DNA of 64,000 nt from Podarcis erhardii (taxonomy: Eukaryota), in NCBI GenBank assembly GCA_964252035.1, contig OZ176201.1; one strand, written 5' to 3'. The notes under the pieces were generated by a model. That model was given only the letters and a program-made list of their open reading frames with translations. It had not been told where the DNA came from and did no database searches. Below, piece by piece: positions 12,994 to 23,587 of this stretch (position 1 is the first letter of the stretch; every line of letters starts with the position of its first letter). The translations under genes and the position numbers were made by a program.

Positions 12994-15900
12994 ACTGCAT
13001 GACAAGAATTGCCCCCTGGAAGGTGTGCCAAAAGCAGCAGCTGTGTGAGGCTTCCATTGGCACCTGCTCTGGGGGATAGACTCCCTGAAATATTTATCAG
13101 GGCCCCAGAGCTATTCAAAGTGCATCAGAGCAAAGTTGGGGGGATGCCCACTGTGTGCTGTCAGAATAATTTTCTGAGTGTGGGGAGTTTCTCCTGCATG
13201 GCAGCTTCTGGGTTCTAAACATATGAAGTGCCAGGGTGCTTTTTTTTTGCAGCTTGTCACCCTGTGTGTCAATTAACTAACATAGCATAAACAGGGCCAT
13301 CTATAGAATGAAGTAACATGGTATTTTTTATTAATTTAAAAAATGCCACCAAGAAACATATGACAATGGGCCAGAGATGGAAATGCACAGGAACCCATTG
13401 TTGCAGAGTACCAGAAAGGATTTTGAAGGTCCATTCAATTATCTCAGACTACACTTGCACCTGACTAAGCTTAGGCTGCAGTTTTTTCCAGAGAGATAAA
13501 TGAAGATTCACTGCTAGTGGTGTATACACTAATATCACTTCCATCTCTAGAAAGTAGGTTTATTCAAGGTTTTGCTGTTTCTAAAACCTACAGCTCACAG
13601 CCCCTTTTTAAAGCATGGGCCAGCCTTTGACTACCTGATTCTCTCCAGCTGCTTTGGACTACAACTACCATCAGCCCAGTGACCCAATCTAGTAGGCTTA
13701 GGCTCTATTGCCCTTTAGATGATGGGTGGTACAGCTGAAGCCTTCTTTCCCTTGCCAATGCCAGGTTCAGCCCAAGGCATGCTTTCCAAGGTGCAGAATC
13801 CATATAGTGTCCTCACTCACCCTGCCCAGCTCACTGATGTCCTTTCACTGCCAACTGGTAAGCTACATATTGCTGCTGGTGTAGCCCAGTTAAATACATT
13901 TAATAAACTGTAATAATGCATCACATTAAGAGACATTCAAACCTCAACTGTTCCACATGTACAAATGGTACAAAGCACTTGTTCTTCTATTTCCCCCCAG
14001 AAGGCATGCCACTATGGTGATGCAACGTAGAATGAACTGTCTCAGAACACATTAAACCATGGGAGTCTTTCAAATTATGCCCACACGAAAAGAAGAGAAA
14101 TTCACAACTGCTGGCATCCTTTTTATGGTGAGAGTGTTCATTTAGACTCAGAACCAAAGCATGTGTGAAAAAGAGCCTGGCCACATCATCCAGCAATACC
14201 CACTGGCCCATCTCCCCTGACCAATATCCTCTGCATGACAAAAAAAAATATTATTAAGTACAGTACCAAGAGAAAGTCAGTTAAGTAGTATTACATTTAG
14301 ACTGATTTCACACACAGATGTCTGGCACTTACTGATTTCACAACTCAGGAGATCTTTAAATGTCATCCTAGCCATGCAGGGGCCAGCTTTCTGGAAGCAG
14401 CATCCTTGTTGCTTGCATAATATTTAAGTGACCGAATCATGCGCAACCCAGTCAGGTCACTGGCAGCCTCACTCCTGTGTCCAAACAAAACAAATTCCTT
14501 CCAGTAGCACCTTAAAGACCAACTAAGTCAGTTCTTGGTATGAGCTTTCGTGAGTTGGTCTTTAAGGTGCTACTGGAAGGAATTTGTTTTGTTTTGACTA
14601 TGGCAGACCAACACGGCTACCTATCTGTTCCTGTGTCCAAGTTGTTTAATCATTACTCCAGCAGCCACCCAGGCAAAAGCAGCTCCCACACATCTCAGGC
14701 AATGTTTCAAGGAAGATTTCACTTCAGATTTATTTAACATGGCAACCCCCTCTCTTTTTTCAACTTTTTAAATTTTGGACTGATTCTGTTCACAATGCTG
14801 AAGGCGGTTGTGGTTCGAGGACCCGACCCCCGCGAAGTGAAATGAAGACACAGGGACACGTGATATAAGGTTAATGGGCTAGAAAAGGCCACAACTTTAT
14901 TGATTACAGCAATGAAAAGGTATTGGCTTAGGCATTGGATCACGAAACAAGTGGGTTTATTCACCAGGGGTTCATCACCTGTTGATGATAATCCAACTAT
15001 AGGCTCACCCCTGATGTCACCGAGGGTCGTGCCATGGCCTCCCGCCAAGCAGGCTTCGGACGGAATACACGACCGCCAGATTCCTTTAACGGAATACCCC
15101 TAGAAATTGAAGGCATAGGCGATGGCCACACCTAGCACTTCGACACACCACAACACATTATTCCAATGCCTAACCTACCCACCAATACCACAAAAAGTTG
15201 TGACAATTGCTACGAGGTAGGCGAAAAAACCAAAAAGCCGAATGCCAAATGGAAAAACTCCTATCAGGCCCCCCAGGCAACCGGGGCGACCAACCTAAGG
15301 TCCATAGCAAGGCCAATGACCTAAGCCCTAACTCGAAGGGAGTGGAGGGTGGGTGACTCGCACAGGACGACGAAGAGAAATGAGGCCGGGGAGAGAGGCT
15401 GGCGCTGCAGCATAAAGGCTGCTGGACACGCCCCCCATGGCACCTGGTTGGACGGCCACTGGGGGGGGGGCGTGAGCGCCAGCCAGGTGAGCTGGAGGCA
15501 GGGGGCAACGCCCCCTGCTAGGAGCGGTGTTCGGGCTCCCGCCCACAACCACTCCCCTCTCTTTCAGGGAGGAGAGTCTTTCCCAGCTCCTTATTTGAAA
15601 CAGCACTTGTAACGAGTAGCCCAATTAATGAACTCGCTGCTCCTCCTTTTGCAGCCCTACTGCCTCTTCTCAGATGCCCCCACAGCAAACACCTAAAGCG
15701 GTGCAGCACTCAGAACAAGGCCTCAACTCAGCCCCTCAATTAAGATGCCCTTGAGGCCAAATATCCCCTAACACAGGCTTCCTCAACCTCAGCCCTCCAG
15801 ATGTTTTGAGACTACAGTTCCCACCATCCCTGACCACTGGTCCTGCTAGCTAGGGATCATGGGAGTTGTAGGCCAAAAACATATGGAGGGCCCTAACACA

Positions 15901-16358
15901 TCTGCTATGGAAGCCTCTAGAAATCTGAACTACATCTACTTTTATTGACTGAACGAACAGCGCTCCTCTCTTCCCCCCTATTCTGCTTCATTTTCTATTC
16001 CCCCCAGCTCACTCATCCTACTCTGCACTGTAGAGATTTCATTTTTGGAGTTTAGTATACATCTGCTTTTTGTTTAGCTCCAACGCTGGCTGCAGGAGGA
16101 AAGAATGTAAACTGTGCTCAAGATCGTATTCTCCGAAACAAACCACAGCTGCAAGGGGAAAGATTTGTTCCTTCACTCCTGATATCAAAAGCCTGAGTGA
16201 CCTTCCCTCATTAGCATGGTGTTGCAAGATTAGAAACAAGAGATGCCCACCTAGGTTATCACACCAAGGCAAAATTGTCAGTATGGTGGTTGTCACCAAC
16301 CTGAAGTATCTTAATTGAGCAGGAACTGAAAATGCCTTACCTTTCCGCTGCTTGACAT
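2076..16358 (-). CDS. ANXA6: Annexin A6, spliced CDS (coding exons 2, 3 and 21-26 by human numbering; exons 4-20 missing at the N gap)
   Basis: Exons 16341-16358, 8761-8851, 7670-7687, 5779-5872, 5195-5290, 3621-3679, 2885-3007, 2076-2135, all GT-AG. Peptides match annexin A6 repeat 1 and repeats 7-8, including the ANXA6-specific 6-aa microexon. Confidence 0.96.
2885..3007 (-). CDS. ANXA6: ANXA6 exon ([41 protein letters not shown])
   Basis: 123 nt, annexin GxGT motif, ctcccaag|...|gtaatg. Confidence 0.96.
3621..3679 (-). CDS. ANXA6: ANXA6 exon ([20 protein letters not shown])
   Basis: 59 nt, ctttcaag|...|gtaaaa. Confidence 0.95.
5195..5290 (-). CDS. ANXA6: ANXA6 exon ([32 protein letters not shown])
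   Basis: 96 nt, ccttgtag|...|gtgagt. Confidence 0.96.
5779..5872 (-). CDS. ANXA6: ANXA6 exon ([31 protein letters not shown])
   Basis: 94 nt, tttcgcag|...|gtaaac. Confidence 0.95.
7670..7687 (-). CDS. ANXA6: ANXA6 18-nt microexon (VVAETL)
   Basis: ctctttctctctgttgtcag|GTTGTTGCTGAAACCCTG|gtgagt; equivalent of human VAAEIL. Confidence 0.9.
8356..8555. other. Assembly gap (200 N)
   Basis: Run of N between ANXA6 exons 3 and 21. Confidence 1.
8761..8851 (-). CDS. ANXA6: ANXA6 exon 3 ([31 protein letters not shown])
   Basis: 91 nt, tttctag|...|gtatgt; annexin repeat-1 start. Confidence 0.96.
11461..11670 (+). mobile_element. Older tRNA-derived SINE
   Basis: ggttcaaacccc box B, gtgaccttgggccagtcac core, taaataaat tail. 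Related decayed copies at ~365-545 and ~63071-63180. Confidence 0.7.
12934..12993. repeat. (CAA)20 microsatellite
   Basis: Perfect 60-nt trinucleotide run. Confidence 0.98.
14485..14628. mobile_element. Penelope-like element fragment with inverted terminal segment and 12-bp TSD
   Basis: Perfect 40-bp inverted repeat 14485-14524/14553-14592; TSD TCCTGTGTCCAA at 14473-14484 and 14629-14640. Family assignment is from recognition of the motif, not from a search. Confidence 0.7.
14796..15653 (-). mobile_element. CpG-rich LTR-like insertion in ANXA6 intron 2
   Basis: Abrupt GC/CpG rise, AATAAA on the minus strand near 14896-14901, imperfect TG...CA inverted ends; no TSD found and boundaries are approximate. 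Confidence 0.45.
15774..15892. mobile_element. Palindromic hAT-type MITE (family of 28612)
   Basis: Near-identical to 28612-28748 (ccagatgttttgagactacagttccca...tgggagttgtagg). Confidence 0.8.
16341..16358 (-). CDS. ANXA6: ANXA6 first coding exon (MSSSGK)
   Basis: ATGTCAAGCAGCGGAAAG|gtaagg: 18 coding nt with a strong donor, phase 0, joins the exon at 8851 in frame; same length as human MAKPAQ. Confidence 0.8.
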
Positions 16359-16654
16359 GACTTCTGGATCAGTGTTAACAGAAGATGTGGTGGATGCTAC
16401 ATAACAGAAGAAAAGGAGATATATTAACCATGTGGATGCCCCCCCCCAATCCTTTAATTTTATTACCCCAATGGACCTAAACTTCAGCATACTTCGCAAA
16501 GAAAACACAAGAAGCTGCTTGGTCCACCCATCTCCAACTATACTGAGAGCACGTCTCTAAGAATACATTTCTGCCTCCCAGTAGTAACAATAAACCACGA
16601 TGAACAAAACTGTGGTACAAAATAAGTATTCTAACTGCTTTATAATACAATGAA

Positions 16655-16655
16655 T

Positions 16656-16682
<27 letters not shown>
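16655..16682. repeat. (CA)n microsatellite
   Basis: Seen directly. Confidence 0.95.
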
Positions 16683-16686
<4 letters not shown>

Positions 16687-17320
16687 ATTTAACACAAAAC
16701 GACAGTACATCTTCTAGGAAAAGTCTAAACTCACTTAAATGTGCTTTCACTTAAATGTGCCATACTGAAGATATCAGGGGTGGAACCTGGGGCTTCTGCA
16801 TGCAAAAGGTGTGCTCCAACACTGAACCATCCTCAGGGGATGCTCCTATGTAAAATTCACCCTTTTTGGGAGGGAGATATATTGAACTTTATGGTACATT
16901 AGAAACTGGCCCCTACAGCACCACCCACCAGTTTCCCTGCAAGATCATCCTTGGGCTGGGCTTGGTGAACATCACAGCTCTCAGCCACAACTTTGACGGC
17001 GGAGGGAGGGAGGAAGGCCCACATTAAAAGATTGTGAGCGCAGTCCAGATCGCCAATGAGTGGAGGCATTCCAGCTAGTAAAGATGTACGCGAGCTCCTT
17101 GCAGACATCTCATCTCTGCACTGCGGTCTGTCTACTGGGCTGAGTTCCAGTAAGAAAGTAACCCTTTAGTATTCGGGAAGCATGCTACAGAGTACCTAAA
17201 GCAAGACAAAGGAGCCAAGGGCTGCTTTGGGCATTACGTTTTAATATGTGCTTTCGAAATATTTCTTACAAACACATAATTTGGGCATGCAGTAAGATGT
17301 GCACACACCACAGCGTAAAT

Positions 17321-17558
17321 CAGGGGTCAGCAAATTTTTCGGCAGGGGTCCAGTCCACTGTCTCTCAGACCTTGGGGGGTAGGACTATATTTTGAATAAA
17401 AAAATGAACAAATTCCTATGCCCCACAAATAACCCAAGATGCATATTAAATAAAAGGACACATTCTACTCATGTAAAAACATGCTGATTCCTGGACCGCT
17501 GGATTTAGAAGGTAATTGTGCTGGATCCGGGCCCCGGACCTTAGTTTGCCTACCCATG
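17321..17558. mobile_element. hAT-type MITE
   Basis: TIR CAGGGGTCAGCAAA/TTTGCCTACCCATG; TSD GCGTAAAT/GTGTAAAT. Confidence 0.8.
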
Positions 17559-20500
17559 GTGTAAATCGTACAAGTACATAACAAGGACACCTGCCATTAT
17601 ATATGGGCTCTGAGTGGTGACACCAAGCTTTGTTTCTCCATGTCCTCAGAAGCAGTTTGCTGCATGAGGTAGAGCCACTGCACTCGTTTCCCATCTGCTT
17701 ACAAGGAAGGAGAGGGGTAGGGTGGTGGTGGGACTGGTGTGGTGCAAAGACCGGCTGGTCACAGCAGTAACCACCTGATTAGATTACTGCAGTGGGCTCT
17801 CCATGAAGCTGCCCTAGAAGATGGCACAGCAGTAGCAGCTAGTGCAGAATGTGGCAGCTACCAGTAATCTCATATAGAACCCCTGTATCCATACATTCCT
17901 GATGTGCTGGGGGTGGGGAGTTTGTTTCCCATCTGCATCCCATCGCCACATAAATTGGAGACATGGGAAAGAGCCAAGTGACACATCTGTTACAGAATGG
18001 CCCTCCCTTGAAGGCCCAGATAACACTAACATTGGGTATATTTTGCACCAAATTAAAATCAGAGTGAGGACAATACAACCTGCCTTCTCTTTGCTGCTAC
18101 ATCACACAGCTGGAGGGGAAGGGGCTGGGGAAAGGGAATAGTGCCAAGCAAGAGTGTGGTCTCTGATTACAGTAAGTTGAACAAATCCTTTGCCTTGTTC
18201 ACAGGCCCCACTATGAAGGACTATGAAAAGGTAACCTGCCTCTTTGCAGCTTTGGAAACACAGCTGCAAAGCCAGGGATGCTGTTTCAACTTATTCCTAG
18301 TTGAAGGCTACATACATAGAGATTTGTACATGATCAGTGTACTAACACTTCATCATTTATCCTCGCAGACCCTACAAAAGCTGGAATATATTGAACAAAA
18401 ATCAGTGTGAAAGGGAACACATTGGGAATGCTGATGGTTCTGAGGCTAGATACGAGGTGGGGAAGCTTTTCAACCTGAGGGAAAAAATGGATGCAACCCT
18501 CACTTTTTATCGTAGGTTACATCCCAGCAGCAATGCAGAAAGGCAGAGGCTTCTACACAAGCACACATACCACACTGCCTTGCTTCAGGCAGGCGAGAGG
18601 CACTGTGTCACAGTTCAAGGACACATTGCAGCCACACAAAAGTACTCAAAGAGGATGTGGCCTGGGGAGGGGCCCAGGGGAGATGAACAGAAAGCAACCA
18701 AGACAAGATCATGAACAGCAGCAACTGACACACACATCCATGGCTAAGGAGAAGGGCCTGTGGGAGGGGCATATCCATGCAATACTTTAGCCTGGATCAA
18801 CAGCCATTCTGCACCTCAGTGTTTCTAAGAGCTAAGAGGACACAGTCCTATTGCTCTTAGTAGAATCTTAGAACGCTGTGGTTATGACAGTAATGCTTAT
18901 TTGGCAAAATTTATACACTGATGGATTGCTTTTTAAAAACAAAATCTTAACATTGTGGTGTACACGAAGCCTGCCTCATTTCCTGTCCCAGTACCCAAGG
19001 AGCTCACATCCGGTGTGTGCAAAATTTTGGGTGCACCGTGTATAAAGTCTCCAGATTGAAAGTTTGCTTTCACCCTGCCATGAAAATGAGATTTCCCCCC
19101 TCCATCCTAGGGCCAAGGGAGTGGGGGGAGATCACATACATTCAGACAAAAATGCACAGAATAATGACAGGAGTGAAGGGTGGCAAGCATACTTTGATGA
19201 CTAATAACTCTACTTCATTTGACTCTGGAAAGAACAAGTGATGGGTACACAGTTCTTAGCCCAGACATTTTGTACTGACTCAAAATAAGAAGGGCACACC
19301 AGTACCAACCCCCCAAGTTTGTGCAGTGCTAGGTTTCCAAAGAACTGCAAGGTTTTCCCCCATCTCTGATGATGGTGTCATTTTGTCTCTATGACAATAG
19401 CTTTTAAAGAACAAACAGACAAAGGCATTTACAACCAGCGGACTTCAGTTGCCTAAAAGCAAACAGACACTATTGAATGGAAAAGTGGTGAAAGAGAGTA
19501 CAACAAGCAGCAAATGCTTAGTTCTGTAACACATCTAAGGGTGGTCAGTAAGAAGAAATTCAATTTGTGCAAAAATGAGGCCTATATGCCATCCCTGAAA
19601 ACTGCTCTTCAAGCCTAGCATCTCAGCCTTATTGCATGTGCATGATAAAATGTTCCAGTTAGCAGAAGCACTACAGCATTCTGTAGTAGATGAAGCTTCT
19701 GGACCAGCTGTAAGGGCAACTACAGGAAGAGAGAATTACAGTAACCTAATATTAAGGTTACCAATGGATGGATCCCTCTGCCCAGGAATGGTCATCACTG
19801 GCAAACCAACTGAATCTGGTAAAAAGGTTAGGGAAGGCCTTTATTTTGCAGGAGCTTAAAAGAAAAACATTTTGAAAACACCCCATGACAAATGATTTAC
19901 TAGAGCGAATGAATGAGATTGCAATGCATCCATGTCTCTGAATGGAAAACAGAATGAACAAATAGCCTGTTAACATTTTGAGAACTGTTAGAATCTCTTG
20001 AGGAAGCTGCAAGGTAGCCTGTTCTCTTCTTTAGTGGCTTCCTAAAAACTGCCTTGCCTTCTCCACTCTTGAAAGAGTATGCCTGGTGGGTTAGACATAA
20101 AGGCAGCTTGCTCACGCGTCTAACCTTTCCTCACAACAGCTAGAAATCTGCATTTTCAGGTATATATTTTCCTGCTCCAAAACAGCATGAGCTGAGGGCT
20201 ATTTTTAAACACTGTAGGCAGTATGCTGTGAAGGCAGTTATTAAGCACTAACACTCACACTGTAGCCTGCATCAGAAACATTTCATTCCCAATTTAAACA
20301 AATGGCCTATAGCAGAATCCAAAAACATCTATTCAGAAGAAAGCCTCACTGAATTCAATGAGGTTTATTCCCAGATAGGAGCATAGAACAGCAGCCTAAA
20401 AGTCATTCCAGAAACAATATGGCACAGGCAAGCCCCACCCAGTCCGAAGGAAATAAGGGCTTTTACAAGGCTGGGTAGATCTCATAGCTGCAACACACAT

Positions 20501-21304
20501 CTTACATGTGTCAAGGGCCTTCCTTTAAGACCCCAACATAATGGAAATACTTAGGTTCTCAAAAACAGCACAATCCCATACATGTTTATGTAGAAGTAAG
20601 ATCCACAGGAGGGCTTACTCCATTGTGCAATTGCCTTCAGGGTTGAAGAAGACTTAAAATCAATACACGAAACAGACTAAAAGCAAAATATTTTAAATGC
20701 TACAGTTTGTGCTCACATGATTTTTGAGAAACGACTCGTGACTATTTAAGCCTTAGCTCTCCAATCCTATTTTTGTTCAGGATAATACATACGTTCCATT
20801 AAAATTAGATCAGAAGTCACAAAAATGGTCACTGCCCACACCTAAAAAAGAAAAAGCCCCAATCATTTCTATGCGCTTGGACCCAGCCCTGCTGGGACAT
20901 GATTTTCAAATGTAACTAAACAGAGCATCGAAATAGCAGTCTTCTAGCCTCCTGCAACTTCTCATCAAGACAGAAATCATATATAAAACTTTGCTCATAT
21001 TTTATGAATTAAGAAAAGCAGAAATACCTCCCTCCCCACAGGAAAATCGGTTTAAACTTTAAACATATGCCTAACATTTTATGCCAACATGTGTTTTGGG
21101 GGGAGTGGGTTACTTTGGAAAAAAGATTCTTACATTATTGATTTGCTACCATTTTCACTCTCTGGGTCCATAGTGCCAACATTCCTAATAGCATTTCGCC
21201 TTACAAATATGGATTAGCGTTATGAATACAGCTTTGGCGTGGTGCTCAACTTCTTCTGCTCCTACGCTGCATCTACTGGTGTGCAAAGACTGTAGAGAGA
21301 CAGA

Positions 21305-21417
21305 CATGGGCGTAGCCAGGGAGGCAGGGGGTATCTGCCCCTCTAAATCCATCAAAATCAATACAAATCTGAGAGCCCCCACAAAGCCTGCCCCCCCCAA
21401 TCCTGGCTACGCCCATG
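21305..21417. mobile_element. hAT-type MITE
   Basis: TIR CATGGGCGTAGCCAGG/CCTGGCTACGCCCATG; TSD GAGACAGA/CAGACAGA. Confidence 0.82.
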
Positions 21418-21939
21418 CAGACAGACAAGACAGACAAAACCACCACTGCAGCTCAATCCAAGACTAGTATTTGGGGCAGTGCTAGAAACTGAGATAGAAA
21501 AGCTAGGAGCGAAAAGGCACTAGGTTTTCAGTTGCCACAACGATACGTCTCCACGATTGCAAAGCAAATGAAGACAAGATGGGGAATTTAGCTAAAAATG
21601 GAACCAGTGTTGTGCACAAAAGACAAGTCCTTTCAGAACAAAGACGCCATCGAGTGCCAAAGCAGCCTAAAGAGATGGGGCTGCAGTTTCACCCCAGCAA
21701 AAGTAGAAACTGAACCTCTTTGACTCAAATAGATCAGGCAGTTTGCCCAAACTGGATCTGCCCGGGCCACACCCACCGGCTTCTACAAAGAGCCAAGTCA
21801 CTGAAAACTCAAGGCAAGTTTCCTAGCTAGTGAGGCGCTTGTATTATGCGGCTCCTGAGGGCTTGCATTGCAAAGCAGAAAGCCATACTTCTTAAGAGAG
21901 AGAAAGTCTGGCTTTAAACGGGCAACGAAAGTGAGTGAA

Positions 21940-22415
21940 GAGATACCAAGGAAAGATAAAAGACTGTTTATGTATGCAACAACAGCGGCTAGAATTCTTT
22001 TAGCCCCCAAATGGAAAGAACAAGAAGTAGCAACGAAAGAAGAGTAGCAGTTGAAAATGATGGACTTTGCAGAGCTAGCGAAGTTGACGGGGAAAATCCG
22101 AAACCAGCAGGATCAAAAGGACTGATGTGAATTTATACGATATTTGAAAGATTCTTGTCAAGCAATTAACATCCCTAGCAGGGCTGACTGAAGACTTGTC
22201 GTGAGAAATAGTCTCCCTTTTTATATTTATTTAAACTTTGAGGTATTTTGTAATGAGTGCAACTAGAACTGGAAAACGTAGACAATGCAATGATATAAAG
22301 GTTAATTTTGAAAGCCACGAGGCGGGAGGGAAGGAGGTCCATGAGCGGTAAAGTGAATCATAATGATGTGTTTGTATATTATTAAATGGAAAACTAATAA
22401 AAATTATATCAAACA
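21940..22415 (+). mobile_element. 5'-truncated L1-type LINE (ORF2 C-terminus, 3'UTR, A-rich tail)
   Basis: IPRKDKRLFMYATTAARILLAPKWKEQEVATKEE*QLKMMDFAELAKLTGKIRNQ with an in-frame stop. Confidence 0.75.
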
Positions 22416-22539
22416 AATAAACGGGGAACGAAACGCAGCACCACACCATTCTGACGGGATCTTGGAAGGAGGCGAATGTATTCCTTCCATCTCCCCCACC
22501 TCACCTCACCCCGCTGGCCTTTCCCAGCAAGCTAGGGCT

Positions 22540-22960
22540 GCCCCCGTTTCTTGCCCCCCGTTTTTAACTTACTTCACGGGCACCAGGAGGCCTCTTCTGC
22601 TAGAGCCGTTAGGAAGAAGCGCCTCCGTCGGTGCGCAGCCAGGCCGCGGGGCACGCGAGACGCCGGAGGAAAGGCTGACCTCGAAGCGCCGCAGCTGTTT
22701 CCTTTCCCTCGCCTCGGCTCCGCTCGAGTAGCGACGTCACGCGCTCCGGAGCCGCCCAGTCCCGGGCTGACTCCCTCCCTCCTCCCGCCCGCCCGCCCTG
22801 GCCGCCTCCTCAGGTGGGCGACGGAGCGACGCCCGCTGCAGAGGAGGACCTTGGCTGACGCAGGCGCCGCAGGGAGGGGGGAAGGGGGGACTCCCCAAAT
22901 GGGGCCTCGTTTCAGCTTGCATCTCTCTCCTGCCAGACGGTAGCGGCTGGATCACCTTGG
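22540..22960. promoter_or_regulatory. CpG island, probable promoter and non-coding first exon(s) of ANXA6 (-) and possibly the SLC7A2-like gene (+)
   Basis: GC- and CpG-dense stretch. CRE-like GTGACGTCGC (minus strand, 22731-22740), GC boxes, candidate donors GAG|gtcagc (minus, exon end 22680) and CAG|gtgggc (plus, exon end 22813). Confidence 0.7.
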
Positions 22961-23160
22961 CTTGGGTGTTAGCAAAGGGAGGCAGAAGGGAGTTACTTAA
23001 GGCTCAGGTTTATGCGCATTTACGTGGGAATATATTCTGGCGCACGCTCAGATTTACTCCTGAGTAAACGTGCATAGGAGGCGGTTGCGCTGCTGCTGCT
23101 GCTGCTTCTTTGGCGATCACTCGTAGCCGAGTAAGATTGTCTTCCATGAACCCGGTTTTA

Positions 23161-23240
23161 ACAAAATAAAAAACTTCCAGTAGCACCTTAGATACCAACT
23201 AAGTTTGTTATTGGTATGAGCTTTCGTGTGCATGCACACT
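23161..23240 (-). mobile_element. Penelope-like element terminal fragment (same family as 14485)
   Basis: Shares ttccagtagcacctta.a.accaactaag...ggtatgagctttcgtg with the 14.5-kb copy. Confidence 0.65.
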
Positions 23241-23360
23241 GCGGAGGCCTTTTCTGGATCCACATGTCCTTCCAAAGTGGGGACATTGGTTTCTGGGCGG
23301 GAGTTGATCACGGTGTGGATTTGCCAAGCCTGCCTTCCGCTTAGCACGTTTCTCCCTTTA

Positions 23361-23587
23361 CAATGGTACCTCGGGTTAAGAACTTAATTCGTTCTGGAAG
23401 TCCGTTCTTAGCCTGAAACTGTTCTTAACCTGAAGCACCACTTTAGGTAATGGGGCCTGCTGCTGCTGCCGCGCCACAGGAGCACAATTTCTGTTCTCAT
23501 CTTGAAGCAAAGTTCTTAACCCGAGGTACTATTTCTGGGTTAGCGGAGTCTGTAACCTGAAGCGTCTGTAACCCCAAGGTACCACTG
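23361..23587. mobile_element. Tc1/mariner-type MITE
   Basis: TIR CA(G)TGGTACCTCGGGTTA/TAACCCCAAGGTACCACTG, TA on both sides. Confidence 0.85.

Noticed and set aside
12879-13118. ORF with a poly-Cys tract
   Set aside because: It is the translation of the (CAA)20 microsatellite reverse strand.
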